From assembly GCA_951406725.2 (NCBI GenBank), contig OX597816.1:81220001-81284000 (forward strand): a stretch of 64,000 nucleotides of DNA. The letters run 5' to 3'. Made by a program: the position numbers and the translations under genes. Shown piece after piece: positions 14,731 through 27,598 of the stretch. Every line of letters begins with the position of its first letter. Position 1 is the first letter of the stretch. The DNA comes from Octopus vulgaris (taxonomy: Eukaryota). Below the pieces are notes generated by a model. It saw nothing but the letters and a program-made list of their open reading frames with translations, was not told the origin of the DNA and did not search any database.

Positions 14731-14854
14731 CAGAGTAAGCACATACATGTGAAACAGGGTGTAAAAAATTGTACTCGAATACCGGAGGTAGAGTAATATA
14801 CTTTATTAATAAAGCTGTAAAGACCTCACAAAAACTCTTACTCACAAAACCTTA

Positions 14855-14927
14855 TACTATAGCCTCTGGCCAACCAAAGTCTTGAGTGGATTTGGTAGAC
14901 GGAAATTGAAAGAAGCCCGTAGTATAT

Positions 14928-15001
<74 letters not shown>

Positions 15002-15161
15002 GACGGGCATCTTTTAGATTCTCTCTACCAAATTCACTCACAAGGCTTTGGTCGCCCCGAGGCTATAGTAGAAAACACTTGCCCAAGGTGCCACGTAGTG
15101 GGACTGAACCAGGAACCATGTGGTTGGTAAGCAAGCTACTTACCACACAGCCACTCCTGCG
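14855..15161. mobile_element. Two inverted SINE family A fragments around (TA)n
   Basis: 14855-14922 (+) and 15001-15161 (-) share TACTATAGCCTC...GCCCGT. Confidence 0.8.
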
Positions 15162-15407
15162 GTATATACAATCATTAGCTTACAGCTGTTCTTGCTATAA
15201 AATAGAAGCTCCGATAGAGTTACAAGCTGATAGACAAACACTCAGCTATGGATGCATTGCATCTTAAAGCAGAAACACCAGTAAGCTAATGCAGTTAGTT
15301 TATTTAATTTCTTATTACGCTCTGTACTCGACTAACGCTTTTTCTGAAGCATATGAAAATTGAGTTCAAAGAAGACCAGGTCATTAGTATTGTTATACAT
15401 AAGTGAA

Positions 15408-15470
<63 letters not shown>

Positions 15471-15813
15471 CGTGTGTGTGTGTATTTATATATTATATAT
15501 ATTATATTACATTATATATAATTTTACGTCTATATTTTTTGCAACGTTAAATACGCTTCCTCATACAAAAATATTTGTCAGACTTGATCACATAAATATA
15601 TATGTCACTAATGTGTGGGCTCCTTATGTTTTTTCATGTGTGTAACATGCCTATTCAACTTTTTCTCTGGCTACGAAATGACATATTTTACGTTATTATC
15701 ATTTTCATTTTCAAGAAAATGTAAACGCTTGGTTTGACTAACAAGTTATATGATTATATATAGATATATATCTTTTATGTGCCTCAGTCGTTGAAGAACG
15801 GTCATAGCGGGGC

Positions 15814-16310
<497 letters not shown>

Positions 16311-17612
16311 TACTTTTTTCGTCTGGCGTTAACAGCCCTTCTTATCTTGTTCTCCTTGTCCTGTCTCTCACTGTTATATATTTATTTTTCCACTGTTTAT
16401 ATATATATTTTTTACTGTTTATATGTTTGTACTGTCGTTACCGTCTTGCCTTTTTTTACCCCTCCGCGACAAGATCTCAGAATTTTAATTGATTTGCTTG
16501 TCTCGGGAAGGAATTTTTCATTCGAAGTATACGTCTCGCTTTTATCCTTCGAAACGTTTAGTAGATGAAACTTTAGCGACTGAAGAAGGGGATTTTTCGT
16601 TGTGCTTATTGTCCTGTATCTCCTTTTTTTGCTTGTCTTGTTCCTTGGTTTGTGTCTATGTTTTTCGTCTCTCTATGTGTTCGACGTCCTTTTGGTGTCC
16701 TGTACACATATATGCGTGTATATGTACATGTAGAGGTAGGTACGTACATACATGTTTATATATATGCATATATTTTATTAACATATTATACGACTAAACG
16801 CACGCACCCTATTAAGTAAGATTGTTCTGTTTATCAAGTTCGCCTTGATATTAACTCTCACGCGACTCTGCCTCTTTCTTTCTTTCTCTCCCATTCCCTT
16901 TTTCGTCCTTTTTCCTCACTTAACTTGTCTCTTCCTCTCTCTCTCCCCCTCACTGTTCTTCATGGTCTCCTCGCACCATTCCCCTTCTTCTCTCTCTTCC
17001 TCTTGCTCCTCCTCCCCATTCCCGTCGTCCATCTGCGACGTACTTCCGTCGTAACTGCTTTCCTGTCTTTCCTCACCTGCCTTCTAAGGCCACTGGTCGA
17101 CATCTTCCTCTCTCGTCGTCCACTATAATCCAGCGTTTGCAATACTTTTTTCGTCTGGCGTTAACAGCCCTTCTTATCTTGTTCTCCTTGTCCTGTCTCT
17201 CACTGTTATATATTTATTTTTCCACTGTTTATATATATATTTTTTACTGTTTATATGTTTGTACTGTCGTTACCGTCTTGCCTTTTTTTTACCCCTCCGC
17301 GACAAGATCTCAGAATTTTAATTGATTTGCTTGTCTCGGGAAGGAATTTTTCATTCGAAGTATACGTCTCGCTTTTATCCTTCGAAACGTTTAGTAGATG
17401 AAACTTTAGCGACTGAAGAAGGGGATTTTTCGTTGTGCTTATTGTCCTGTATCTCCTTTTTTTGCTTGTCTTGTTCCTTGGTTTGTGTCTATGTTTTTCG
17501 TCTCTCTATGTGTTCGACGTCCTTTTGGTGTCCTGTACACATATATGCGTGTATATGTACATGTAGAGGTAGGTACGTACATACATGTTTATATATATGC
17601 ATATATTTTATT

Positions 17613-17619
<7 letters not shown>
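16311..17619 (+). mobile_element. Element with near-identical ~476-bp direct repeats (16311-16786, 17143-17619) around a 356-bp unique segment; PLE pLTR/retrozyme-like
   Basis: The repeats look identical by eye except for one T-run length; flanked by (TA)n; a diverged homologue lies at ~53840-54090 on the minus strand. Confidence 0.7.
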
Positions 17620-17658
<39 letters not shown>

Positions 17659-18657
17659 TCGATATATACACAACACACACGTATGTATGTATGTATGTAT
17701 GTATGTATGTATGTATGTATGTATGTATGTATAAACTGGTTTCTTCCAGATACCGTGTGACACTCATAAGTCTTTTGCTCAGCCCGGTTCTGTATAGTAT
17801 GAGTCACAGACAAAGTTGAACTGAACAGTGGGACTGAACCCATAATAGGAAGTAAGTTAGGAAGTAAACTTCTTAAGCACACAAGCATATAAGTCATATA
17901 TACGTATAGAAAGAGAATAAATATATATACACGTGTGTATATGAGTGTGTGTGTGTGTGTGAGAGAGAGAGCAAGAGAGAGAGAGAGAGAGAGTAAAATA
18001 TACACCATAATATTAGTGTGACTGAAATTAAGCGAAAGAAAGTACTCAATACTATGAGGTAGAGTAAAGTGACAATTGCTCAAAGTTGAGTCGGTACGAC
18101 TCATAACTCGCGGTTTTAAGACTCTTCGGGAACGAGAAACTCAAGAAAAAAAGTGACACACTTTTGAATATAGCGCGCACACATGTTTGTGCGTGTTGCG
18201 TGCAAACGAGGAGGAAAACGTATTCAGAATATTTCGTTGATAACACGGTTGCTATTAAGAATTTCTCCTTATATGCGCACCTTCATCTTTTTTGTCGATT
18301 GCAGTATCGCGTTTTGCGAGGAACTCTGAGTAGCCACGCAATTTTTACGTCTACTTCAAACGTGCGTGAGTGCGTGTGTGCGTGTGTTATGCGCGCGCGT
18401 TGTGTGCGGAGATTTGTGCGCGAACATATGTGAATGCGCTTTAATGTAAACATTAGAAAAAGTCATCCGAAGAGTGCCTATATATAGACACATACATCTG
18501 CTTAAAATCGATTAATGCACGTGCGTTAATGTAAACATTAAACTTTCGTGAGTGGGGGAGAGGAAATTTGCATATTTAGGAGTGTGCATTCGTGTTTGGT
18601 GGGGGCTGTATATAAATATATATATATCACTGAGTAAAATCGATTTTAATACGCTGT

Positions 18658-18693
<36 letters not shown>

Positions 18694-18699
18694 TATATA

Positions 18700-19096
18700 G
18701 GCGCAGGAATGGCTCTGTGGTAAGTAGCTTGCTTACCAACCACATGGTTCCGGGTTCATTCCCACTGTGTGGCACCTTGGGCAAGTGTCTTCTACTATAG
18801 CCTCGGGCCGACCAAAGCCTTGTGAGTGGATTTGGTAGACGGAAACTGAAAGAAGCCCGTCGTATATATGTATATATATGCGTGTGTGTGTTTGTGTGTT
18901 TGTCCCCCTAGCATTGCTTGACAACTGATGCTGGTGTGTTTATGTCCCCGTTACTTAGCGGTTCGGCAAAAGAGACCGATAGAATAAGTACTGGGCTTAC
19001 AAAAGAATAAGTCCCGGTGTCGAGTTGCTCGATTAAAGGTGGTGCTCCAGCATGGCCGCAGGCAAATGACTGAAACAAGTAAAAGAGTAAAAGAGT
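18700..19096 (+). mobile_element. Full-length tRNA-derived SINE, family A (CORE-like; resembles octopus OR-type SINEs)
   Basis: A box TGGCTCTGTGG, B box GGGTTCATTCCC, CCTTGGGCAAG core-like block, internal microsatellite, (AGTAAAAG)n tail; about 10 copies in window. Confidence 0.85.
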
Positions 19097-19430
19097 ATAT
19101 ATATATATATAAGAGAGACCAAAGTGTACGTACGCCGCTATATACATATATATATATATATATTTATTTATATGCACACGTACTCAGACAGTTACATGCA
19201 TTTTTACGTATATTAATACATATATGTCACAATATACTATTTAAATATATATGTACAAAGACATATACAGACGGACTTGTAAATTATGTTATTTATTTAT
19301 ATAGGAGAGAATGTGTGAATGAGACATATTTCATATGGCTATAAGCCGCATGAAATACATTCCATTCACACACTCTCTCGTTTCCTACTAATTGCATATT
19401 ATATTACATAAATTATTATTCGTACCAACT

Positions 19431-19488
<58 letters not shown>

Positions 19489-20269
19489 GAGAGAGAGAGA
19501 AACAAAACATAAGACAAACTAGCTAAAATATTTACGATTAAACGTATCTATATATGTTTGTATGCTTGTCTTTGCAGATATGTATGTGTACGTTTATGTG
19601 TGTGTGCGTGTGCACGCACTCACACGTACACACATACGCATGTACGTATAAATATAAAGACACGTATGCGAGCGCGCACAATGCGCGTTACGTTATAAAT
19701 ATATACATGCATATATATGTGCGTGTGTGTGTGTGCATGTTTATATTCAAAGGAAGAGCTTCTAGCATTGCTGTTACTGTGATGACTAAATCAAACAAAA
19801 CAACTTAAAAAGAAATAGTGAGTGCATGTGTGTGTGAGTGCAATAAAATATACAGTTTCATATTTATGCATGTACATATGAATATATTTATGTGGTAGAA
19901 AGAACAGGTAGCACATTTGATTCTCTTTGATTCTTTGAAAATTCTATGAAAATTTGTGTGCCTGTTACTGAGACCATGGTAGCCTTATGGTATTGATTTC
20001 TTTACGTAGGTACAATGCCTTAAATTTTGTGGAAGGAAATGGTGGAATATATCGATCTCAGTACATGTTTGGTATCGAGCCCTAAAGGTTGAAAGCGAAA
20101 ATGTGAAAGGCACGTTCTGAACTCAGAACTTAAGCATCAAGAGCCGGATGCCCATCGCTCTAGCATTATTGTTGATTAAATATTTGCAGTACGGTAGCAA
20201 AATATTGTAAAAGCATTTCTGCTTTCATTTCTCTTTTTTTTTTTTATTGTTATATTATCCACATATCCA

Positions 20270-20475
20270 AGACGGCGAGCTGGCAGAATCATTACAGTAT
20301 CGGGCAAAAGGAAAACACTTTAACGGCATTTCTTCTGATACCTTTACATTCAGAGATCAAATCTCAACTTTGCCTTTGGGAGTAAATAAAAAAAAAAGAT
20401 TAACAGTCAAGTACTGTGATCGATATAATCGACTTGCACCTCCCCTCAAAATTGGTGGCCTTGAGCCAAAATTAA
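20270..20475 (+). mobile_element. SINE family C
   Basis: GGCGAGCTGGCAGAATCATTA...AAATTGGTGGCCTTG. Confidence 0.65.
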
Positions 20476-20541
20476 AATATAATGCACTTTATATATATAT
20501 ATATGACACATTGTCACATTACATTTACAGATAAATTATTC

Positions 20542-20627
<86 letters not shown>

Positions 20628-21191
20628 AGAAGAGTGTTAAACCATATCTACTCTGCCTTATTTGAAAACTGCATAAGTGTTGCATGTAGTAGCCGCATGT
20701 TTCTATTTATAGAGAAATAACGAAAAATGTACGTATATACATGCCAATGTTTAGGCGCAGGAAAACGTAAACAAGAAATCTTATAAATATACACAGACAC
20801 AAAGCCATAGACGTACACACACACGCATCATATACTCACACACATTCATATACTCTCGCACACACGCACATACAAGCATTTGTATGTGCGCAGGGGCGTG
20901 TGCATATTCACATGCAATAAGCGCATGTTGCGAATATAAATAGAAGCCAACTGAACACAGCACATGTTATATATTTATATTTACATATACGTTAAAAAAA
21001 AAGAATTATTTGGCTTAATCTGTTCGATTTATATATATATATGGCATCGTAATCGGCAAGCATTCGAGAATCGAACTACCGGTAAGTTTGGCTAGTATTT
21101 CAGATTCGATTGCTGATTGTAATAGATACACGTCACTTAAGTCTAACGTCTTTGAATAGGGAGCATCACAAAATTCCTATTATAAAATCGC

Positions 21192-21292
<101 letters not shown>

Positions 21293-21304
21293 ATATATAT
21301 ATGT

Positions 21305-21339
<35 letters not shown>

Positions 21340-21366
21340 ATATATATGTATATATATACATATATG

Positions 21367-21423
<57 letters not shown>

Positions 21424-21722
21424 ATATAAGCAAGTGAGTGTTTATGTTTATGCTTAATATAGTTGTGTGTGCATGTGCATAGTTATTGGTGTATGTCTGT
21501 ATGTGTTTATATGTATATGCGTATGTGTGTGTGTTTGTATGTATGTATGTACACATATCTGTATGCACGTATACATTCGTACATACATGTGTCTTTGTAT
21601 GCCTTTGTGCGTGTGCGTCTGAAAAGATTACTACATATTTAAATACATGTATATGAACTTCGTAATACATTGTGATACGTAAGTGTGTGTATAAAGTAAA
21701 TACACATTCATAAGTGTATATA

Positions 21723-21933
21723 TGAGGGGATGCTGAAAAGTTCCTGGCTTTGGATAAAAGAATAAAATATAATAGGATCAGTTAATTACGATTTTATTCA
21801 ACATATCCCCTTCTCAGATTCACACACTTATTGCAGCGGTCCTTCAGTTTTTCTAAACCCTATAAAAGAACTCGGAAGGCTGGGTCCGCCAACCAGACCT
21901 TTCGCGACAGCCAGGAACTTTGCAGTGCTCTCG
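21723..21933. mobile_element. Mariner-type MITE
   Basis: Imperfect TIRs TGAGGGGATGCTGAAAAGTTCCTGGCT / AGCCAGGAACTTTGCAGTGCTCTCG in TA-rich context. Confidence 0.7.
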
Positions 21934-22145
21934 CATATATATATATTAAAAATAGGATAAAATCTTCATAAGAAATTATCAAGTAGTTAGCGTGAAAAAA
22001 CCTCGTAAGAGAAAAATTCTGTAAATTTTTTCAACTTGAAAATATTTATTTATATTATATAGAGGGCACTATTTTGTTTATTTTGGTAGTTTTGACTTTA
22101 AAAGTCCCTCCTAGCGTGCGGCATTTATGTATAATAGTGCCCCTC

Positions 22146-22236
<91 letters not shown>

Positions 22237-22440
22237 ATAAGGATCTGTTTGTATGTGCACACGTGGGTATATGCTTATGTGCACATTTGCCTGAGAACGT
22301 GTGTGTGTGTCACTGTATATCTGTTTTTACCATGCTTCTGTGCCTGTGTGTATTTACGTGCGTGTCACTCGTGCAGGTGTTTATTTTGCAGTCGTACATG
22401 CACACACGCACACACACATTATTGAGAGATCTTCTCTCTC

Positions 22441-22475
<35 letters not shown>

Positions 22476-22870
22476 CACAATAACTAACATATTTTTCAGA
22501 AGGAAAAAAAATGAGGTGTCTTTTCGATTATCCAGTCCCAAGAATTGTAGTAGAGAAAACAAGAAGTTATTCTCAAACCGGAGATATAGGCGTTAATTTT
22601 TAGCACATAATATACTCCGCTAAAGACACGCTGAATGTCCAAGTGGTGGTGTTAAACTTGGTGAGGGATGAGGTCTACCGCACAAAAACAGGAACGGCCA
22701 CTCTTGTAGGACGCGACGCAGTTTCCGTTCGTCAAATTTCTTTAGCCAGGCTTTGTTCAACCTGAGGCTACAAACAGAGTGACGCGCAATAGAAATGAAT
22801 TCAAAACTATTTAGTTACTAAGCGAATTTCTTTCTTAATCGCGCAGTCATGCTGCAGTAATTCACTCGCT

Positions 22871-22910
<40 letters not shown>

Positions 22911-23344
22911 AATAAACAAATAAATAAAAGTTCAGAGAGAATAGAGAAAAGTTTGCAGTGATGTGTTGTGTACATGAATTATTGATTTCTGAAATTGGTA
23001 CAAGGTTGCAAATTTGTTGTAGAGGTAGGTGAGGTGTGCGTTACTGTCGATTAACATCGACTCCAACTACCACTGTCACTGCCAGCAGTATATGTCAGGT
23101 ACTACTACTTATTTTAGCGAACACGGAGGAGTGGGGGGAAAAAAAACCAAAGTGAGCTTAGACAGGGTTCGAACTCAGAACGCAAAGGGAAGTAACTAAA
23201 TACTGACTGACCTGTTGTAATGACTTCTTTTACTGACATAAAGGTGACAAGAAGTTATGATAATGATAATGACGATGATGATGGGAGGGGGGGAGTGGCG
23301 GCGATAGCGATGATGATGGCAGTGGCGAAAATGATGATAAATGT

Positions 23345-23377
<33 letters not shown>

Positions 23378-23857
23378 CGATTTTATTTGCCACAGGAACG
23401 TCGGTTGAGGAGATATTGCAAAGACAAGTTAAATGAAGAATGGATGTTTAAACGAAATCGGATGAGAGAGAGAAAAAAAGAGCGAATGCGATAGAAAATA
23501 CACATAGCATACAAATACATGGAAGATACAGTTCTGATAAAGGAAAACCTCCAACTAGTGCCCTTCACAAGTCCCCACAGATTCAAGATCACCCTGACCA
23601 CGAAAGGTAAGTGCCCTCCCCTAATTGTTATTCTATGAATAATAAAATATATGCGATGCATTCGATTAGATCGACACCAGTACTTCGTGTTCAATTTATC
23701 GACCACGAAGGGTTAAAAGGTAGTAACCACCACGACAGCATAACAAACATGAAATGGATCATAGAACGATAATTATGTAGCATAAAATAACAACGGTATA
23801 TACAGAAGATAACAAGTGGTAATATAACAACAAATTAATATGCTTAAGTAGACTTAC

Positions 23858-24426
23858 CCGTATAATAGTGCTGCTCCAGCAATGCCTCCTCCAAGTTGCG
23901 CAACTGCATAGAAAAATCCACGAAGAGGTGTGATCTTGCAAGTGAGAGCCATAGCAACTGTGGTAACAGGGTTAAAATGGGCTCCGGATATGTGTCCAAA
24001 ACACTGGACTAGCGTGGCCATAATCAGGCCGAAAGAGAGTGCGATGATTAGATAAGCTTGTGCGTCCGAACTGCCTCCAAAATTTACGCCACGATCCATG
24101 CCCGTTCGATGGTCGCCGGCCGAATGAATTCCTGAGGAGTCGACCCTCATGTCGTTGTCCACAGCGGCCTGTACGCGGCCGGTCAAAATCGAACTTCCGT
24201 CGTTACAATACAACATTGAACTACATCCAAGCAAAACGTAAAGAAAGGTACCTAAACATTCACTAATAACAGCCCGCCAGAATTCTATAGTTTTTATCTC
24301 AATACGCATCACCATCATTGCCACCTCGATTAGACCCAGTTTTCGACACGACCTCTGGGGCAGCTGCAGTGCTTTTACATGGGTATACTGAGCCATATTG
24401 GCATTCTTCTTAATTCCCTCCCACAT
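23858..24426 (-). CDS. bib: Coding exon of a MIP/aquaporin-family channel, Big brain-like (TM1-TM3 and first NP-box); rest of gene not found in window
   Basis: Translation EIKTIEFWRAVISECLGTFLYVLLGC...ALSFGLIMATLVQCFGHISGAHFNPVTTVAMAL...AQLGGGIAGAALLYG contains the MIP signature HISGAHxNPx and, from recall, closely resembles Big brain (EFWR..ISECL; GGGIAGAALLYG). The exon ends at a canonical donor GG|GTAAGT (23857-23852). First in-frame ATG is at 24426; the ATG at 24396 has better Kozak context. Start is uncertain and orthology needs a tree. Confidence 0.9.
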
Positions 24427-25118
24427 ACAGGATGCACCACAATCATCCGGGACCTCCTGAGGGCGGTCCAGCCTCCGTGTTTCGCCTACCGCTGCTGCTG
24501 CTGCGGCTGCTTCGGCTGCTGCTGCTACTGCTGCGGCTGCTGCTTCTCTTGTTGATGGCAAACTTGATGAATTGAGCCTAATAGGGCCGTCACGACTGCG
24601 ACTGCGACTGGCCGCGGGGCCGTCGGCTCGCGTTCCTTTACAGCAACTAATGGTGGCAGCATGTAAAGGTACGACACTGTTGTTAAAGAACGGTCAACAC
24701 CGTACTGGCTTTTATTTCATATATCTATCTATATATAACACTCGCTTTTATACAACAACAACGCCCAACAGGATATTTACTAATAGGCCGGTCTTCAGGC
24801 GGTGACACCCTTCTCTTTATCATACACACGCATACCAAACACACACATATATATACATACACGCATGCACTATCACACATACACTCACAGAGACACTCAC
24901 GCACACACACACACACAGAGACACACACGCACACACACACAAACACTATACTACCTCTCTTACTGTCTGCTACCCTCTATCTCTCCTCTCTCGTATACAA
25001 ATACTTTCACTTACTCATTCAAACACACTTAGCAAGCTAAAACCATCTAATATAATCTGTCGAGTTTATTATCAAACTCTCGCCCCACCCTCAATAGACT
25101 TACTTACACACACACACA

Positions 25119-25153
<35 letters not shown>

Positions 25154-26300
25154 TCTCTTTCCTCTCTTCTTTCTATTGCAACAGATACACAGACACAATG
25201 TTTTCCTAGTCGCTTTTCTCTTCCTGGTTTCACGTTTGTTACTTTTTTCTTTCTTTTTTTCTATTTTCCTTTTTTTTTTTCTTTCTTTCAGGATACTCTC
25301 CTCACAGGTGGTTTTCTTATCGGTGCTTCCTCTCCAGATGTCAGCCTGTATTTACATAAAATTCCATCGCGAGCACAAACTTTATACATGATCCCATGAC
25401 ACGTGACTCACTGGATTTCAATTACCATAATAACAAAAGCCGTTCAGTTCATTCATTAATAAATATCTCATTAGTTGCATCAATTATACATATATATATC
25501 TTTTTTTAGCTTTTTTCCTTCTTTTTTTTTTAATATTTATGCAGTAGCAGTTGTTGCTGTTCTTGTGAGGATTTCATAAAACATATATATATGTACACAC
25601 ACACACACACATACATTACATATTTGCGTGTGTGAGCGTGCGAGTGTATATTTTGCGTGTGTTTGTTTACATTTGAAAGAATGACAATCGTTCTTCGTCA
25701 CAATCAAATTGTTCAGTAATTACGTTTTTCATAATAATTTAATACCATTATAATTTTTTTTTTTTTAAATTAATATCCAAATTCTTTTTTTTTTTTAATA
25801 TTTTTTCCTCTCGTTTTCTTCCTTTCCTTTCGATAATTCAATTATTCTGTTTATTAATTTTCCGAGGCAATTTTATAATTTACATTATATTCTTGAAAAT
25901 ATGTAAAAATGTGTGTGATTGTAAGACACAATGTGTGTGTGTGTGTGGCAAAATGAATGCGTGCGTCATTCAATTTGGTTAATTGTATTTATTATTACAT
26001 AATAAAATTTATACATTCTGTGTACGTATTTATTATGTGGAATATTCCTTAAAGTTTATATGTTTTTACTCTTATCTCATTAAATTTTAAATTAAAACAC
26101 TTTTTTTTCATGCACGTAACTTCCGAACTCAGCATTTTAAATGTAATTAATGTTGTTGCGTGTGTCTACCGTAGAAACTATTGTCGTTATATACTTCGAT
26201 AGTATTTTTATTGCGTGTTTCAAATGCACAGTCGAACGCAAATGCGGTGTGCCTTAAGTGCGTGCGGTGTTTGTTGTTGTTATTGTTAGTTGTGGTGGTA

Positions 26301-26346
<46 letters not shown>

Positions 26347-26483
26347 GTTTAGATGCTTTGAAATCACTAAACGTAAGATATGTGCAGTGCCCTAATATGT
26401 ATTTACTGAAAGTTGTATTTGTGTGTGTGCGTGCAAAACTTGGCATCTACTAATGAACTTGTGTGGCTAATAAAATCGTAACA

Positions 26484-26522
<39 letters not shown>

Positions 26523-27567
26523 GTTGTTGTTGTTGTTGTTGTTCCTTTCGTTCTCTAAGCCTTTCGTTGTTGTTCTACCGGTATCGGATTGCTAGATATC
26601 AAGCCGCATCCCACAAAACCTTAGGGTAGCTAACACCTTTTCTTATAGTACACTTTTGTCAGTACACAAGAAAAGCTTCTGCATGATATAGCAGAGCAAT
26701 GTAAGGTGTGTTTACAAATATGCGCTTTTTTTTATTTTTTATTTCTACTTTTTGCTCTCGGTATGCACACGAAGTCTATGTTTATATTTACAAAGTATGT
26801 CTTGGCAGCGTAACAAGATCTCAACCGATTCTTTCTTCTCTCACTTTTTCATTCCCGATATTGTTTGTTTACGGTTGTTATTGTCAATGAGGCAGATGGG
26901 GTTTTTTTTATATTTTTATTCCTGTTTTTACTTATTTATTTTAGTTGTATTTTATTATGTTTTTACTGATAAGCTTAATTTTTTCTCAAAGGTGTTGTGT
27001 ATGTATGTACGATAGAAAGCTCTACCTACGTCATTTACATACGAGAGAAGAAATGTGTGATATTATATGGCCTTCATACGTTTCCCAAAGAGCATTTGCA
27101 GCATAAGTGAAAAAAAAAAAACAATTGGCTTTAACTGAGAATCGAAACCTACCTAATTCGTATCAGGGGAAAGTGTTAAAAATTTTGTACCACGGTGCTT
27201 ACCACAAATACAGCAAATTATTTGCGACGTAGATGAGAAAGTCAACAATTTTTAGTCGTTGGTAAATGTGAAGACGTGGAGTTCAGAATTTTTTCATCAA
27301 AATTATGCCACATCGCAAGTGAAATTATATCAAGACAGTTTCAGTGCGCACTGGAAATCGAAACCCTAGACGCTGTATCCAATTTAATTCTACTCGTCGA
27401 GAGCTTTAAATGATTTTCGTAACTGCAACTTGGGTTTTTTAATACGCGTACATTGTGTATGTCTATGTCCGTGTGTAGGTATATAAGTGTGTGTACGTGT
27501 ATATTGCTATCTGTATGTGTTGTTGTGTGTATATATTTATGTATGTGTTAGAGGTGATAGTGTGTGT

Positions 27568-27598
<31 letters not shown>

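Noticed and set aside
16311-17619. LTR retrotransposon or TRIM
   Set aside because: No TG...CA ends, primer-binding site or clear TSD seen.
25400-25410. Overlapping E-box/AP-1 (CACGTGACTCA) upstream of the aquaporin exon
   Set aside because: Short motifs expected by chance; transcription start unknown.
27110-27210. tRNA-like remnant on the minus strand with oligo-T (similar at ~32605-32670)
   Set aside because: Only a B-box-like motif; no cloverleaf.
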